A stretch of DNA of 11,155 bases from an uncultured Deinococcales bacterium (GTDB lineage Bacteria; Deinococcota; Deinococci; Deinococcales; JAAFIG01), in NCBI GenBank assembly GCA_964244895.1, contig CAXTKV010000035.1, forward strand, positions 1-11,155, read 5' to 3'. Under the pieces are notes generated by a model, which saw only the letters and a list, made by a program, of their open reading frames with translations, searched no databases and was not told the origin of the DNA. The first letter of the stretch is position 1, and every line of letters begins with the position of its first letter. Positions 1 through 6,931 of this stretch are shown in pieces. Position numbers and translations under genes: made by a program.

Positions 1-1467
1 CGCCACAATTTCCTCGGCGGTCACGCGCTTCGCATCGAACTCCGCGACCATCCGGCCTTCGCGCATGACGATGATGCGATCACTCATGTGCATGACCTCC
101 GGTAACTCGGAGCTGACCAGCACGACCGCCAGACCCTGACTGACCAATTCCGCCATGAAGCTGTGTACGGCGGCTTTCGCGCCCACGTCGATGCCTTTGG
201 TGGGTTCGTCCAGAATGATCGCGATGGGGTTGGTGGCCAGCCATTTGCTGAGCACGACCTTCTGCTGGTTGCCGCCCGAAAGCTCAGACACGTTCTGATC
301 CAGGTGCGCGGCCCGCAACGACAGGCGCTGCGCGAGCGGCATGGCGACAGATTCTTCTTTGGGTCGGTCGAGCAGGAATCCCAACCGTCCGAGCATCGGC
401 AGCGTGATGTTGTGCAGGATGCTCATCGGTAAAATGGCGCCCGCGATCTGGCGGTCTTCGGGGACGTACACCAGGCCGTGCGCCACGGCATCGGCGGGCG
501 AGCGCACGTTGAGGGTGATGCCGCCGATGCTGACGGTTCCGCGCGCCTGCGGGTTCAAGCCGAAGATCGCCTGCATGACTTCCGAACGCCCCGCGCCGAC
601 CAGACCGTAGAAGCCCAGGATCTCGCCCTGACGGACGCTGAAGCTGATGCCATCGAACTCTGTCGGGTGCGAAAAATCCGTGGCCTCGAGCACCACGTCC
701 CCGCTGAAGGCTGCCGTTTTTGGGAAGAGGCTGCCCACGTCGCGGCCCGCCATCAATCGGATCAGGCCATCGCTCGTGGCGTCCTGAATTCGTCCCTCTC
801 CGACTTTCTCGCCGTCGCGCAGCACCACGTACCGATCCGCCAGGGCGAAGACTTCATCGAATTTGTGGGTGATCAACAAGATGGCTTTGCCTTCAGTTCG
901 CAACTGCCGCACGACGCGGTACAGGTCGTCGATCTCGGCTTTGGAAAGGGACGCCGTGGGTTCGTCCATGATCACCACGCGCGCGTCCTGCGAGAGCGCC
1001 CGCGCGATCTGCACGAGGTGCTTTTGGGCCACCGAGAGTTCCTTCAGTGGCGTCTGCGGGTCAATTTTGGCGTCAATCCGATCCAGCACGCGCTGCGCGT
1101 CCTCGAGCAAGCGCTTCCAGTCCACCAGCCCGAAACGGTTCCTGACCGGGTGATGCCCGACGAACAGATTTTCCGCGACGGAGAGTTCGTCGAACATCAC
1201 GGTTTCCTGGTGAATCGCGGTGATGCCCGCCTTCCACGCGTCCTGCGGCGTGTTGAACGTCAAGGGTGCGCCCTCGAGCAGAACGCTTCCGGTATCGGCT
1301 TTGTAAATCCCGGTCAGCATCTTCACGACCGTGCTTTTGCCCGCGCCGTTCTCGCCGATCAACGCCAGCACCTCGCCGGTGTTCAGGCCAAAACTCACGT
1401 CGTGGACGGCTCTGGTCGGGCCGAAAGATTTTCCGATGTTGTGAACGTTCAAAAAGTCGTTTGGCAT
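1..1467 (-). CDS. rhaT: Sugar (L-rhamnose-type, CUT2) ABC transporter ATP-binding protein, 3' end outside the window
   Basis: Hand translation from ATG at 1467 (missing from the ORF track because no stop lies in the window): MPNDFLNVHNIGKSFG...GENGAGKST (Walker A)...IMDEPTASLS...second ABC domain LSGGNQQKVVLSKWL...ILDEPTKGIDVGAK. Two-domain RbsA-like ATPase downstream of the RhaS-like binding protein. The symbol follows Rhizobium rhaSTPQ usage, not the E. coli symporter, and is assigned from context. Confidence 0.9.
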   Translation of the reverse strand, partial: MPNDFLNVHNIGKSFGPTRAVHDVSFGLNTGEVLALIGENGAGKSTVVKMLTGIYKADTGSVLLEGAPLTFNTPQDAWKAGITAIHQETVMFDELSVAENLFVGHHPVRNRFGLVDWKRLLEDAQRVLDRIDAKIDPQTPLKELSVAQKHLVQIARALSQDARVVIMDEPTASLSKAEIDDLYRVVRQLRTEGKAILLITHKFDEVFALADRYVVLRDGEKVGEGRIQDATSDGLIRLMAGRDVGSLFPKTAAFSGDVVLEATDFSHPTEFDGISFSVRQGEILGFYGLVGAGRSEVMQAIFGLNPQARGTVSIGGITLNVRSPADAVAHGLVYVPEDRQIAGAILPMSILHNITLPMLGRLGFLLDRPKEESVAMPLAQRLSLRAAHLDQNVSELSGGNQQKVVLSKWLATNPIAIILDEPTKGIDVGAKAAVHSFMAELVSQGLAVVLVSSELPEVMHMSDRIIVMREGRMVAEFDAKRVTAEEIVA

Positions 1468-1504
1468 TTTCGTTCTCTCGGGCGTTATTTGAGGTCTGGA
1501 TTCC

Positions 1505-1559
1505 CGAGAACACCGTCCGGGACGATGTTCTTAACTTGTCGCACTGGACGGTGTTCCCG
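1505..1559. repeat. Intergenic palindromic repeat family, copy A
   Basis: cgagaacaccgtcc (1505-1518) pairs with ggacggtgttcccg (1546-1559), 13/14. The left arm also forms its own palindrome, agaacaccgtcc-g-ggacgatgttct (1507-1531), 11/12. Confidence 0.9.
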
Positions 1560-1567
1560 TATTTTTT

Positions 1568-1618
1568 GTAGGGGCGAAGCGTGCTTCACACTGTGCGCGC
1601 TTCACACGACGCCCCCAC
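1568..1618. repeat. GTAG-tagged REP-like element
   Basis: GTAGGGGCG (1568-1576)...CGCCCCCAC (1610-1618) inverted ends, 8/9. Internal direct repeat gcgtgcttcacac (1579-1591) / gcgcgcttcacac (1595-1607). Confidence 0.6.
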
Positions 1619-1657
1619 GCGGGTTTACGTGCGTTCCCGAGGCTTAACGCCCGAGGC

Positions 1658-2662
1658 TCAGAACGCCTTGGCGAACTTATCGATGTTCGACTTGTCGAAG
1701 GTGAACGGCTCGCCCATCACGGCTTCCGTGTTGGCGTCCAGCGTGGCCATGCCCATGCGACCCATGCTGATCTTCTCGCCGGGCTTACCGGTGGCCTTGC
1801 CGGTCACGAACTGGTACGCCAGGTACACGGCGCTGTAGCCGAAGTCGATCGGGTTCCAGAGCGCGAAGGTGTCCACGGAACCGTTCTTGACGTAGCTGAT
1901 CATCTCGGACGGCAAGCCCAGACCGGAGACGAAGACCTTACCGATCAACTTCTGATCCGTCACGTACTTGGCGGCGGCGGCGATGCCGACGGTCGTGGGC
2001 GCGATGATGCCCTTCAGGTTCGGGTACTTGGTGATCAAGCCCTGCGCCTCGCGGTAGGACTTGTCGCTGGCGTCGTCACCGTAGACCACGTCAACCAGCT
2101 TCAAATCCTTGTACTTGGGGTCCTTCAGGGTTTCTTTCATGGCCGCGATCCAGTTGTTCTGGTTGGTGGCCTGCGCGGTGGCGGACAGCACCGCGATTTC
2201 GCCCTTGCCGCCGATGGTCTTGGAGATCATCTCGATCTGCTTGCGCCCGATCAATTCCGTGTTGGACGGGTTGAGATGCATCAAACGCCCGTCCTTGGCG
2301 ACGCCCGAATCCCAGGAAATCACCTTGACGCCGCGCTCGGTGGCTTTCTTCAGGGCGGGCACGAGCGCGTTCGTGTCGTTGGCGCTGATGGCGATGGCGT
2401 CCACCTTCTGCGCGACCAGGGCGTTGATCTGCTCGATCTGGCCTTCGGCGGTGGCGGTGGTCGGGCCGGTGTAGATCAGTTCCACGTCCCCGAGTTCCTT
2501 GGCGGCTTCCATTCCGCCGTCCCTTGCAGCCTCGAAGAAGCCGTTGCCGAGGCTCTTGACCAGCAGCGCGATCTTCTTCTTGCCCTGCGCTTCGCCCGTG
2601 CCGATCACGGCGAGCGCCGCCGCGCCCAACAATGCTGCACCGACCAGAATGGCTTTCTTCAT
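1658..2662 (-). CDS. rhaS: Rhamnose ABC transporter substrate-binding protein (RhaS-type periplasmic binding protein)
   Basis: True start is ATG at 2662 (MKKAILVGAALLGAAALAVIGTGEAQG, signal peptide) with SD GAGGAGG just upstream; 334 aa. Motifs LVKSLGNGFFEAA...IYTGPTTATAEGQI...AISAND...SWDSGV...GLGLPSEM...ALWNPIDFGY match the rhizobial RhaS family. This is not the E. coli AraC-type regulator RhaS. Confidence 0.9.
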   Translation of the reverse strand: MKKAILVGAALLGAAALAVIGTGEAQGKKKIALLVKSLGNGFFEAARDGGMEAAKELGDVELIYTGPTTATAEGQIEQINALVAQKVDAIAISANDTNALVPALKKATERGVKVISWDSGVAKDGRLMHLNPSNTELIGRKQIEMISKTIGGKGEIAVLSATAQATNQNNWIAAMKETLKDPKYKDLKLVDVVYGDDASDKSYREAQGLITKYPNLKGIIAPTTVGIAAAAKYVTDQKLIGKVFVSGLGLPSEMISYVKNGSVDTFALWNPIDFGYSAVYLAYQFVTGKATGKPGEKISMGRMGMATLDANTEAVMGEPFTFDKSNIDKFAKAF

Positions 2663-2690
2663 GCGTTCCTCCTCGCAGTGCTGACCGAAC

Positions 2691-2709
2691 AGCGCCGTCC
2701 CGGACGATG
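2691..2709. repeat. Intergenic palindromic repeat family, copy B (degenerate half copy)
   Basis: agcgccgtcccggacgatg resembles the family arm aacaccgtccNggacgatg; it lies in the putative rhaS 5' UTR. Confidence 0.55.
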
Positions 2710-2727
2710 CCGGGCCAAAGCAGAACA

Positions 2728-2743
2728 AAAGTCGAACGACTTT
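2728..2743. promoter_or_regulatory. Candidate operator palindrome upstream of rhaS
   Basis: AAAGTCG-AA-CGACTTT, a perfect 7-2-7 inverted repeat between the putative promoter and the rhaS start. Confidence 0.35.
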
Positions 2744-2781
2744 CGCACATGAATCTGTTGGTTTGTCACACTGTACGAACA

Positions 2782-2811
2782 AAGATAGCGCAAGCTTCAA
2801 TCGTCCGTCAA
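2782..2811 (-). promoter_or_regulatory. Putative sigma70-type promoter of the rha ABC operon
   Basis: The minus strand reads TTGACG (2811-2806)-18 nt-TATCTT (2787-2782) in an AT-richer patch. AAGCTTCA occurs both within the spacer and just upstream (TGAAGCTTCA palindrome, 2816-2825). Confidence 0.5.
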
Positions 2812-2836
2812 CTGGTGAAGCTTCATCAATCGAGAG

Positions 2837-2896
2837 GCAGCCGTGAGCCGCAAGCCGCAAGGGTTTAGCTTGCGGCTTGCGGCTAATGGCTTGCGG
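2837..2896. repeat. Inverted heptamer tandem array forming a perfect 16-bp hairpin
   Basis: gcagccg|tgagccg|caagccg|caag - ggtttag - cttgcgg|cttgcgg|ctaatgg|cttgcgg. agccgcaagccgcaag (2846-2861) pairs perfectly with cttgcggcttgcggct (2869-2884). Confidence 0.85.
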
Positions 2897-2899
2897 CCT

Positions 2900-2942
2900 A
2901 CCATCCCGGACGCGATCTCGAGAATGCGTCCTGAACGGTGTC
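2900..2942. repeat. Intergenic palindromic repeat family, copy C
   Basis: accatcccggacgcgatctcgagaatgcgtcctgaacggtgtc aligns with copy D and shares the ctcgagaatgcgt centre. Confidence 0.8.
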
Positions 2943-2950
2943 CATGAACG

Positions 2951-2956
2951 TATACT
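2951..2956 (+). promoter_or_regulatory. -10 box of a probable leaderless promoter (pxpA)
   Basis: TATACT-cgaggc-ATG: hexamer 6 nt before the start codon. Confidence 0.65.
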
Positions 2957-2962
2957 CGAGGC

Positions 2963-3739
2963 ATGAGAATAGATCTGAACGCGGACGCGGGGGAATCTTT
3001 CGGCGCGTACAGCATCGGCGACGATGCGGCCCTGATGCCGGTCATCACCAGCGTCAACCTGGCGTGCGGATTTCACGCGGGCGATCCGATGGTCATGCGC
3101 GATTCCGTCAAGCTGGCCATGCAGCACGGCGTGGAAATTGGCGCGCACGTCGGCTACCCGGATCGGGTGGGCTTCGGACGGCGCGTGATCGACGCCACCC
3201 CAGACGAGGTTTACGCCGATACCCTCTACCAGATCGGCGCGCTGCGGGCGTTCATCCGCGTGGCCTCCGGCGATCCGCGCGGCGGGCGGATGCAGCACGT
3301 CAAACCGCACGGCGCGCTCTACAACCACATGATCCATCACGAACCCACCGCGCGAGCCGTCGCCAGGGCCGTCCACGATTTCTCCGAGACGCTGCCCGTG
3401 GTCGTGCTGGCGGGTTCCCGGTGCGCGGAATGGGTCAAATCGGAGGGCGCGAGCGTGATCGAAGAACTCTTCGCGGATCGCGGCTACGCGCCCGACGGCA
3501 CGCTGCTGCCGCGCTCGAAACCCGGCGCGCTGCTCACCGACCCGGAAGCAGTCGCGGCTCGAGTCGTGAAGATGGTGCTCGAGGGGAAAGTCTCGACTTC
3601 CGGCGGCGAGATTGCGGTTCGCGGTCAGACCGTCTGCTTCCACGGCGACACGCCCGGCGCGGCCAGTATTGCCCGTGCTGCGCGGCGCGCGCTCGAGGCG
3701 GCGGGCGTTGAGATCAAAGCCATGCGCGCCAAAGAATGA
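2963..3739 (+). CDS. pxpA: 5-oxoprolinase subunit A (LamB/YcsF family)
   Basis: MRIDLNADAGESFG...NLACGFHAGDP...GAHVGYPDRVGFGRR...HVKPHGALYN...FADRGY...TVCFHGDTPGA are the canonical LamB/YcsF motifs; 258 aa. Confidence 0.95.
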   Translation: MRIDLNADAGESFGAYSIGDDAALMPVITSVNLACGFHAGDPMVMRDSVKLAMQHGVEIGAHVGYPDRVGFGRRVIDATPDEVYADTLYQIGALRAFIRVASGDPRGGRMQHVKPHGALYNHMIHHEPTARAVARAVHDFSETLPVVVLAGSRCAEWVKSEGASVIEELFADRGYAPDGTLLPRSKPGALLTDPEAVAARVVKMVLEGKVSTSGGEIAVRGQTVCFHGDTPGAASIARAARRALEAAGVEIKAMRAKE

Positions 3740-3748
3740 TGCGTTTGG

Positions 3749-3767
3749 CTCGAGTCTGAATCTCGAG
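3749..3767. terminator. Short hairpin between convergent genes (possible weak terminator)
   Basis: ctcgag-tctgaat-ctcgag, two XhoI palindromes in the 30-bp gap between two convergent stop codons; no clear U-tract. Confidence 0.25.
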
Positions 3768-3769
3768 TT

Positions 3770-4534
3770 CTACAGACTTGCGGGATTGGTGGTTGTGTTT
3801 GCTGCGGGCGTCGCTGTGGCGTGCGCCGTGAATGCACCGAAGAACTCGCGCCAGTACCACCCAGTAGCGGTATTGAGGACGAGTCCACCCAATGCTGTTA
3901 AAAAAATGGCGGTACGCGCTTCGCTGGGCATTGGCAATGCGGAAAGGCTAATAAACATGAGATATAAAAACATGATGACATTACATACCAAAGCCACCAT
4001 GTACCAGTTTCGCAGCGTTTTGCTCAACGCCCCGAATGCGTATGTGACGCGCCGCATCTCAGTCCAGAGGGTGGCATCAGTAATCCAGGCTTTATACCAA
4101 CCCATTACTGCGTATCCGACCCAAAAAACAATTTCGATGATGACGTAAAATACGACCATTGGGAGTTCTATGCCTGTAGTTAACCCTCGAATCAACAGGA
4201 TGACGACCAGAAGGACTCCAAAGATAGCAATTATGACCTGAAAGGCTCTCATCCAGCGTCCTAGTGTCTCAGTGAGTTTTTGAACACGTTGGGTCTGATC
4301 TGTGCGCTCCTCGAGCAAGATCGAACTAATTCGGGCGACCCATTCTGCCCACCAAGTTGTCAGGATGTATCCGAAAACAGCGCTCACGAGGCGGCCCAAA
4401 ATGACCCCTACTGAATTCTGATTCGGCTGCGGGAACAAAATGCTTAACAACGACAACGCGGGTAGTACGAATCGGCTGATGTTCAACCACAAGACAAGGT
4501 TGCGTGAGACGTTTTCCAGATTGCTCGAATTCAT
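3770..4534 (-). CDS. Hypothetical multi-pass membrane protein (~6 TM) with apparent 3-fold internal repeat
   Basis: 254-aa ORF filling the gap between genes, with about six hydrophobic segments and a TACGAT -10-like box 6 nt before the ATG. GC is markedly lower (sampled 60-mers 38-48%) than in neighbouring genes. Confidence 0.8.
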   Translation of the reverse strand: MNSSNLENVSRNLVLWLNISRFVLPALSLLSILFPQPNQNSVGVILGRLVSAVFGYILTTWWAEWVARISSILLEERTDQTQRVQKLTETLGRWMRAFQVIIAIFGVLLVVILLIRGLTTGIELPMVVFYVIIEIVFWVGYAVMGWYKAWITDATLWTEMRRVTYAFGALSKTLRNWYMVALVCNVIMFLYLMFISLSALPMPSEARTAIFLTALGGLVLNTATGWYWREFFGAFTAHATATPAANTTTNPASL

Positions 4535-4540
4535 CTTGCC

Positions 4541-4546
4541 ATCGTA
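4541..4546 (-). promoter_or_regulatory. -10 box of a probable leaderless promoter (membrane protein gene)
   Basis: Minus strand reads TACGAT-ggcaag-ATG, 6-nt spacer. Confidence 0.6.
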
Positions 4547-4600
4547 CTCGACCGCAAGGATCGAGGATGTGCAGGCACGATGGCGTTCAACTCAAATCTC

Positions 4601-4652
4601 GAGAACATCGTCCCGGACGCAAACTCGAGAATGCGTGTGGCACGGTGTTCTC
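4601..4652. repeat. Intergenic palindromic repeat family, copy D
   Basis: gagaacatcgtcccggacgcaaactcgagaatgcgtgtggcacggtgttctc; terminal gagaaca/tgttctc inverted repeat with CTCGAG in the centre. Confidence 0.9.
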
Positions 4653-4685
4653 TTGAAGATTCGCGTCTCGGCCCTTGAGCGAGAT

Positions 4686-5576
4686 TCAGGTCGCTGATTT
4701 CGTCGTCAGCCCAATCAATGTTGCCTTTGCGTTCCGCATGTGAAAATCCTTGTAGAACGCTTCCACACCATCAGGCTCGAGGTTCAGGCTTCTGATGGCA
4801 TCCTCGAAATTCCAACCGATGCGCTCGGGCAAATCTTCGAGATCCATCCAGTGTTCCGGCAGATTTCCCGCGCCAATTGTGCGCCTCGCGTGTGCCTCGA
4901 GCGTGGCGTAATACGAGAGGTTGCGCGAGATCAAACCGGGATCGCTCGTACCGCCGTGGCAGGGCAGAACCACGCTCGGGTTCAACGCTTCCAGGTTCCG
5001 CAACGTCCGGAGCAGCACGGGCAGATCGGTGGGATTCTTGGCGTAAGGCCACGGGTGTTCGGCGGCGTCGGCGGCCAGCAGCGCGCGCAATTCCGGAATC
5101 CACACGACCGCGTGATCCTCGCTGTGACCGGGCGCTGGAATCAATTCCAGCGTCAAATCCCCGCCGTGAATCGTGAAGCGATCCGTGAACGTCAGCGTGG
5201 GCGGCACGAGGCGCACGTTCGCGTATCTCTGGTCTGTGGCCTGAGCATTCCGCAATTTCTCGAGCGTTTCAGGGCTTCTGGCGATCCCAACTGATTTCTC
5301 GTGACCGATGATCGGTGCCATACCGTCAAACGTGGTGTTCCCCCAGACGTGATCGCTGTGCTGGTGCGTGTTCACGACCAGCAGCGCTCGAGATTCAAGG
5401 TCTGGTTGGATCGCGGCGAGCATCTGCGCGGCGTCTTCCGGCGTGATCATCGTGTCGATCACGACCACGAACCGTTGTGTGGTCACGACGAAACAATCCA
5501 CGTCGTCGGAATGGAACAACTGGATTCTGTCGTCCCAATCGCTGTGACCTTCGGTCACGGTTTTCTCGAGATCCAT
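4686..5576 (-). CDS. MBL-fold metallo-hydrolase (glyoxalase II/cyclase-like)
   Basis: VVIDT, NTHQHSDHVWGN (HxHxDH), APGHSEDH, AADA and LPCHG metal-binding motifs; 296 aa. Substrate unknown. Confidence 0.9.
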   Translation of the reverse strand: MDLEKTVTEGHSDWDDRIQLFHSDDVDCFVVTTQRFVVVIDTMITPEDAAQMLAAIQPDLESRALLVVNTHQHSDHVWGNTTFDGMAPIIGHEKSVGIARSPETLEKLRNAQATDQRYANVRLVPPTLTFTDRFTIHGGDLTLELIPAPGHSEDHAVVWIPELRALLAADAAEHPWPYAKNPTDLPVLLRTLRNLEALNPSVVLPCHGGTSDPGLISRNLSYYATLEAHARRTIGAGNLPEHWMDLEDLPERIGWNFEDAIRSLNLEPDGVEAFYKDFHMRNAKATLIGLTTKSAT

Positions 5577-5642
5577 ACCGATCAGTATTCATCCCCCGCC
5601 TGAGTTTCGCCTCAGCCCGTGCGTCCCTGTCGCCGCTTTTGT

Positions 5643-5702
5643 CCTCCCCTGCCTCGGTAGGGGAGGTGTCATCCTCGCGGTTTTCGAGGATGACGGAGGG
5701 GT
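5643..5702. repeat. Double-hairpin intergenic element (CCTCCCC...GGGGAGGTGTC...GACGGAGGGG type)
   Basis: Stem 1: cctcccctgcc/ggtaggggagg (5643-5666, one G-T). Stem 2: gtcatcctcg/cgaggatgac (5668-5694, perfect 10 bp). Followed by ggagggg. Confidence 0.75.
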
Positions 5703-5711
5703 CGCCTTCAA

Positions 5712-5759
5712 GAGCACCGTCCAGCACGCAATTTCAGGAATGCGTGCTGGACGGTGTTC
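5712..5759. repeat. Intergenic palindromic repeat family, copy E
   Basis: gagcaccgtccagcacgca-atttcaggaa-tgcgtgctggacggtgttc: 19-bp stem (one G-T) with a 10-nt loop, 2 bp from the hemW stop codon. Confidence 0.92.
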
Positions 5760-5761
5760 CC

Positions 5762-6898
5762 TTACAGAAATTCCGACACGACCGCGTTCAGCACCCAAAT
5801 CCCGTCCGGCGTGGCGCGTACCGTTTCGCCGTCCGTCTCGAGCAAGCCTTGTGTAATCAACGAATCGAAGGCGCGCGCGAACCTGGCGCGCACGTCCACG
5901 CCGGAACGATTCGAGAGTTCCGTCAGGTTCACGCCGCTCTTGAGCCGCAATCCAGAAAAGAGCGCGTCCGTGACGAACTCCTCGCCGCTGACAGGTTCCA
6001 GCGATCCGTCCTGAAGGCTGGCGCGCGCACCCTCGAGCCAGGATGGTAACGGCGGGTTCTTGCGGCGCTCGGAGACGGCGTGCTCTGACAGTGAAGGGTA
6101 ATGTCCGGTCGCGCTCGGGCCGAGTCCGAACCAGAAGCGGTTCTCCCAGTACGCGATGTTGTGCCGCGATTCGCGCCCCGGCCTGGCGTGGTTGCTGACC
6201 TCGTAACGCTCCAAACCGTACTCGAGCAGCACGCTTTCGGCCAGTTCGAGCGCGGTTTCCTCGTCCTCCTCGCGCACTTTGACGCCCTGGCGCGCGAAGG
6301 GCGTGCCGTCCTCGATGGTCAGGGTGTAGGCGCTGATGTGTTCCAACCCGACGCTGGCCAGGGCGCGCAGGTCGCGTTCCACGTCCTGTCCGGGCACGGC
6401 GGTGATCAGGTCGGCGCTGACGCGGAATCCCGCCTCGAGCAACATCGCCAGCGCCGTGTGCGCCTGCTTTGAATCGTGGGTGCGCCCCAGGAATTTCAGC
6501 ACGTCGTCTTGCGTGCTTTGCACGCCCAGGCTGGCGCGGTCGAAGCCCAACTCGCGCCAGAGTCGAGCGCGGGCTTTCGTGACCGTGCCGGGGTTGACTT
6601 CCAGGGTCGCCTCGCCGCCATGCGCAAAGTCTGGAACCCAGCCGAAGGCGCTCTTGATGGTGGTCACGAAGTCCGTGATCTCGCGGTCGCGCAGAAAGGA
6701 GGGCGTGCCGCCGCCGACGTAGATGGTCGTCAGGTGTGATGGGAACTCGTCCGCAAGCTCCCGTGCCTCTCGCTCGAGTTCCGCCAGGTACGCGTCGACC
6801 AGCCCGGAGCGCCGCTCCAGGACGTGAAAATCGCAGTACGGACAGATCGTCGGGCAGAACGGCACGTGAGCGTAGAGGTGGCGGATCGGGTCGGGCAT
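5762..6898 (-). CDS. hemW: Radical SAM heme chaperone HemW (HemN-like)
   Basis: Start probably ATG at 6898 (MPDPIRHLYAHVPFCPTICPYCDF, CxxxCxxC), then YVGGGTPS, LEVNPGT, YEVSNHA and HNIAYW (the HNxxYW motif typical of HemW); 378 aa. The ORF-track extension to 7921 is antisense to the next gene. Confidence 0.92.
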   Translation of the reverse strand: MPDPIRHLYAHVPFCPTICPYCDFHVLERRSGLVDAYLAELEREARELADEFPSHLTTIYVGGGTPSFLRDREITDFVTTIKSAFGWVPDFAHGGEATLEVNPGTVTKARARLWRELGFDRASLGVQSTQDDVLKFLGRTHDSKQAHTALAMLLEAGFRVSADLITAVPGQDVERDLRALASVGLEHISAYTLTIEDGTPFARQGVKVREEDEETALELAESVLLEYGLERYEVSNHARPGRESRHNIAYWENRFWFGLGPSATGHYPSLSEHAVSERRKNPPLPSWLEGARASLQDGSLEPVSGEEFVTDALFSGLRLKSGVNLTELSNRSGVDVRARFARAFDSLITQGLLETDGETVRATPDGIWVLNAVVSEFL

Positions 6899-6931
6899 CG
6901 CGGGGTTCACGGTACATGAATCCTGCGCCTT

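Noticed and set aside
478..1647. 389-aa + strand ORF and other + strand ORFs within 163-1838
   Set aside because: Antisense shadows of the ABC ATPase and rhaS genes; typical of GC-rich DNA and without motifs.
1636..1658. 9-bp direct repeat cccgaggct at the rhaS stop
   Set aside because: Too short and GC-rich, and it encloses only 5 bp, so it is not a convincing target-site duplication.
2663..3643. N-terminal extension making RhaS 661 aa (apparent fusion)
   Set aside because: The extension is antisense to pxpA and crosses the promoter/repeat spacer; the real start with SD and signal peptide is at 2662.
4686..5576. MBL-fold protein as an antibiotic-resistance beta-lactamase
   Set aside because: No signal peptide; the HxHxDH motif is shared by the whole superfamily.
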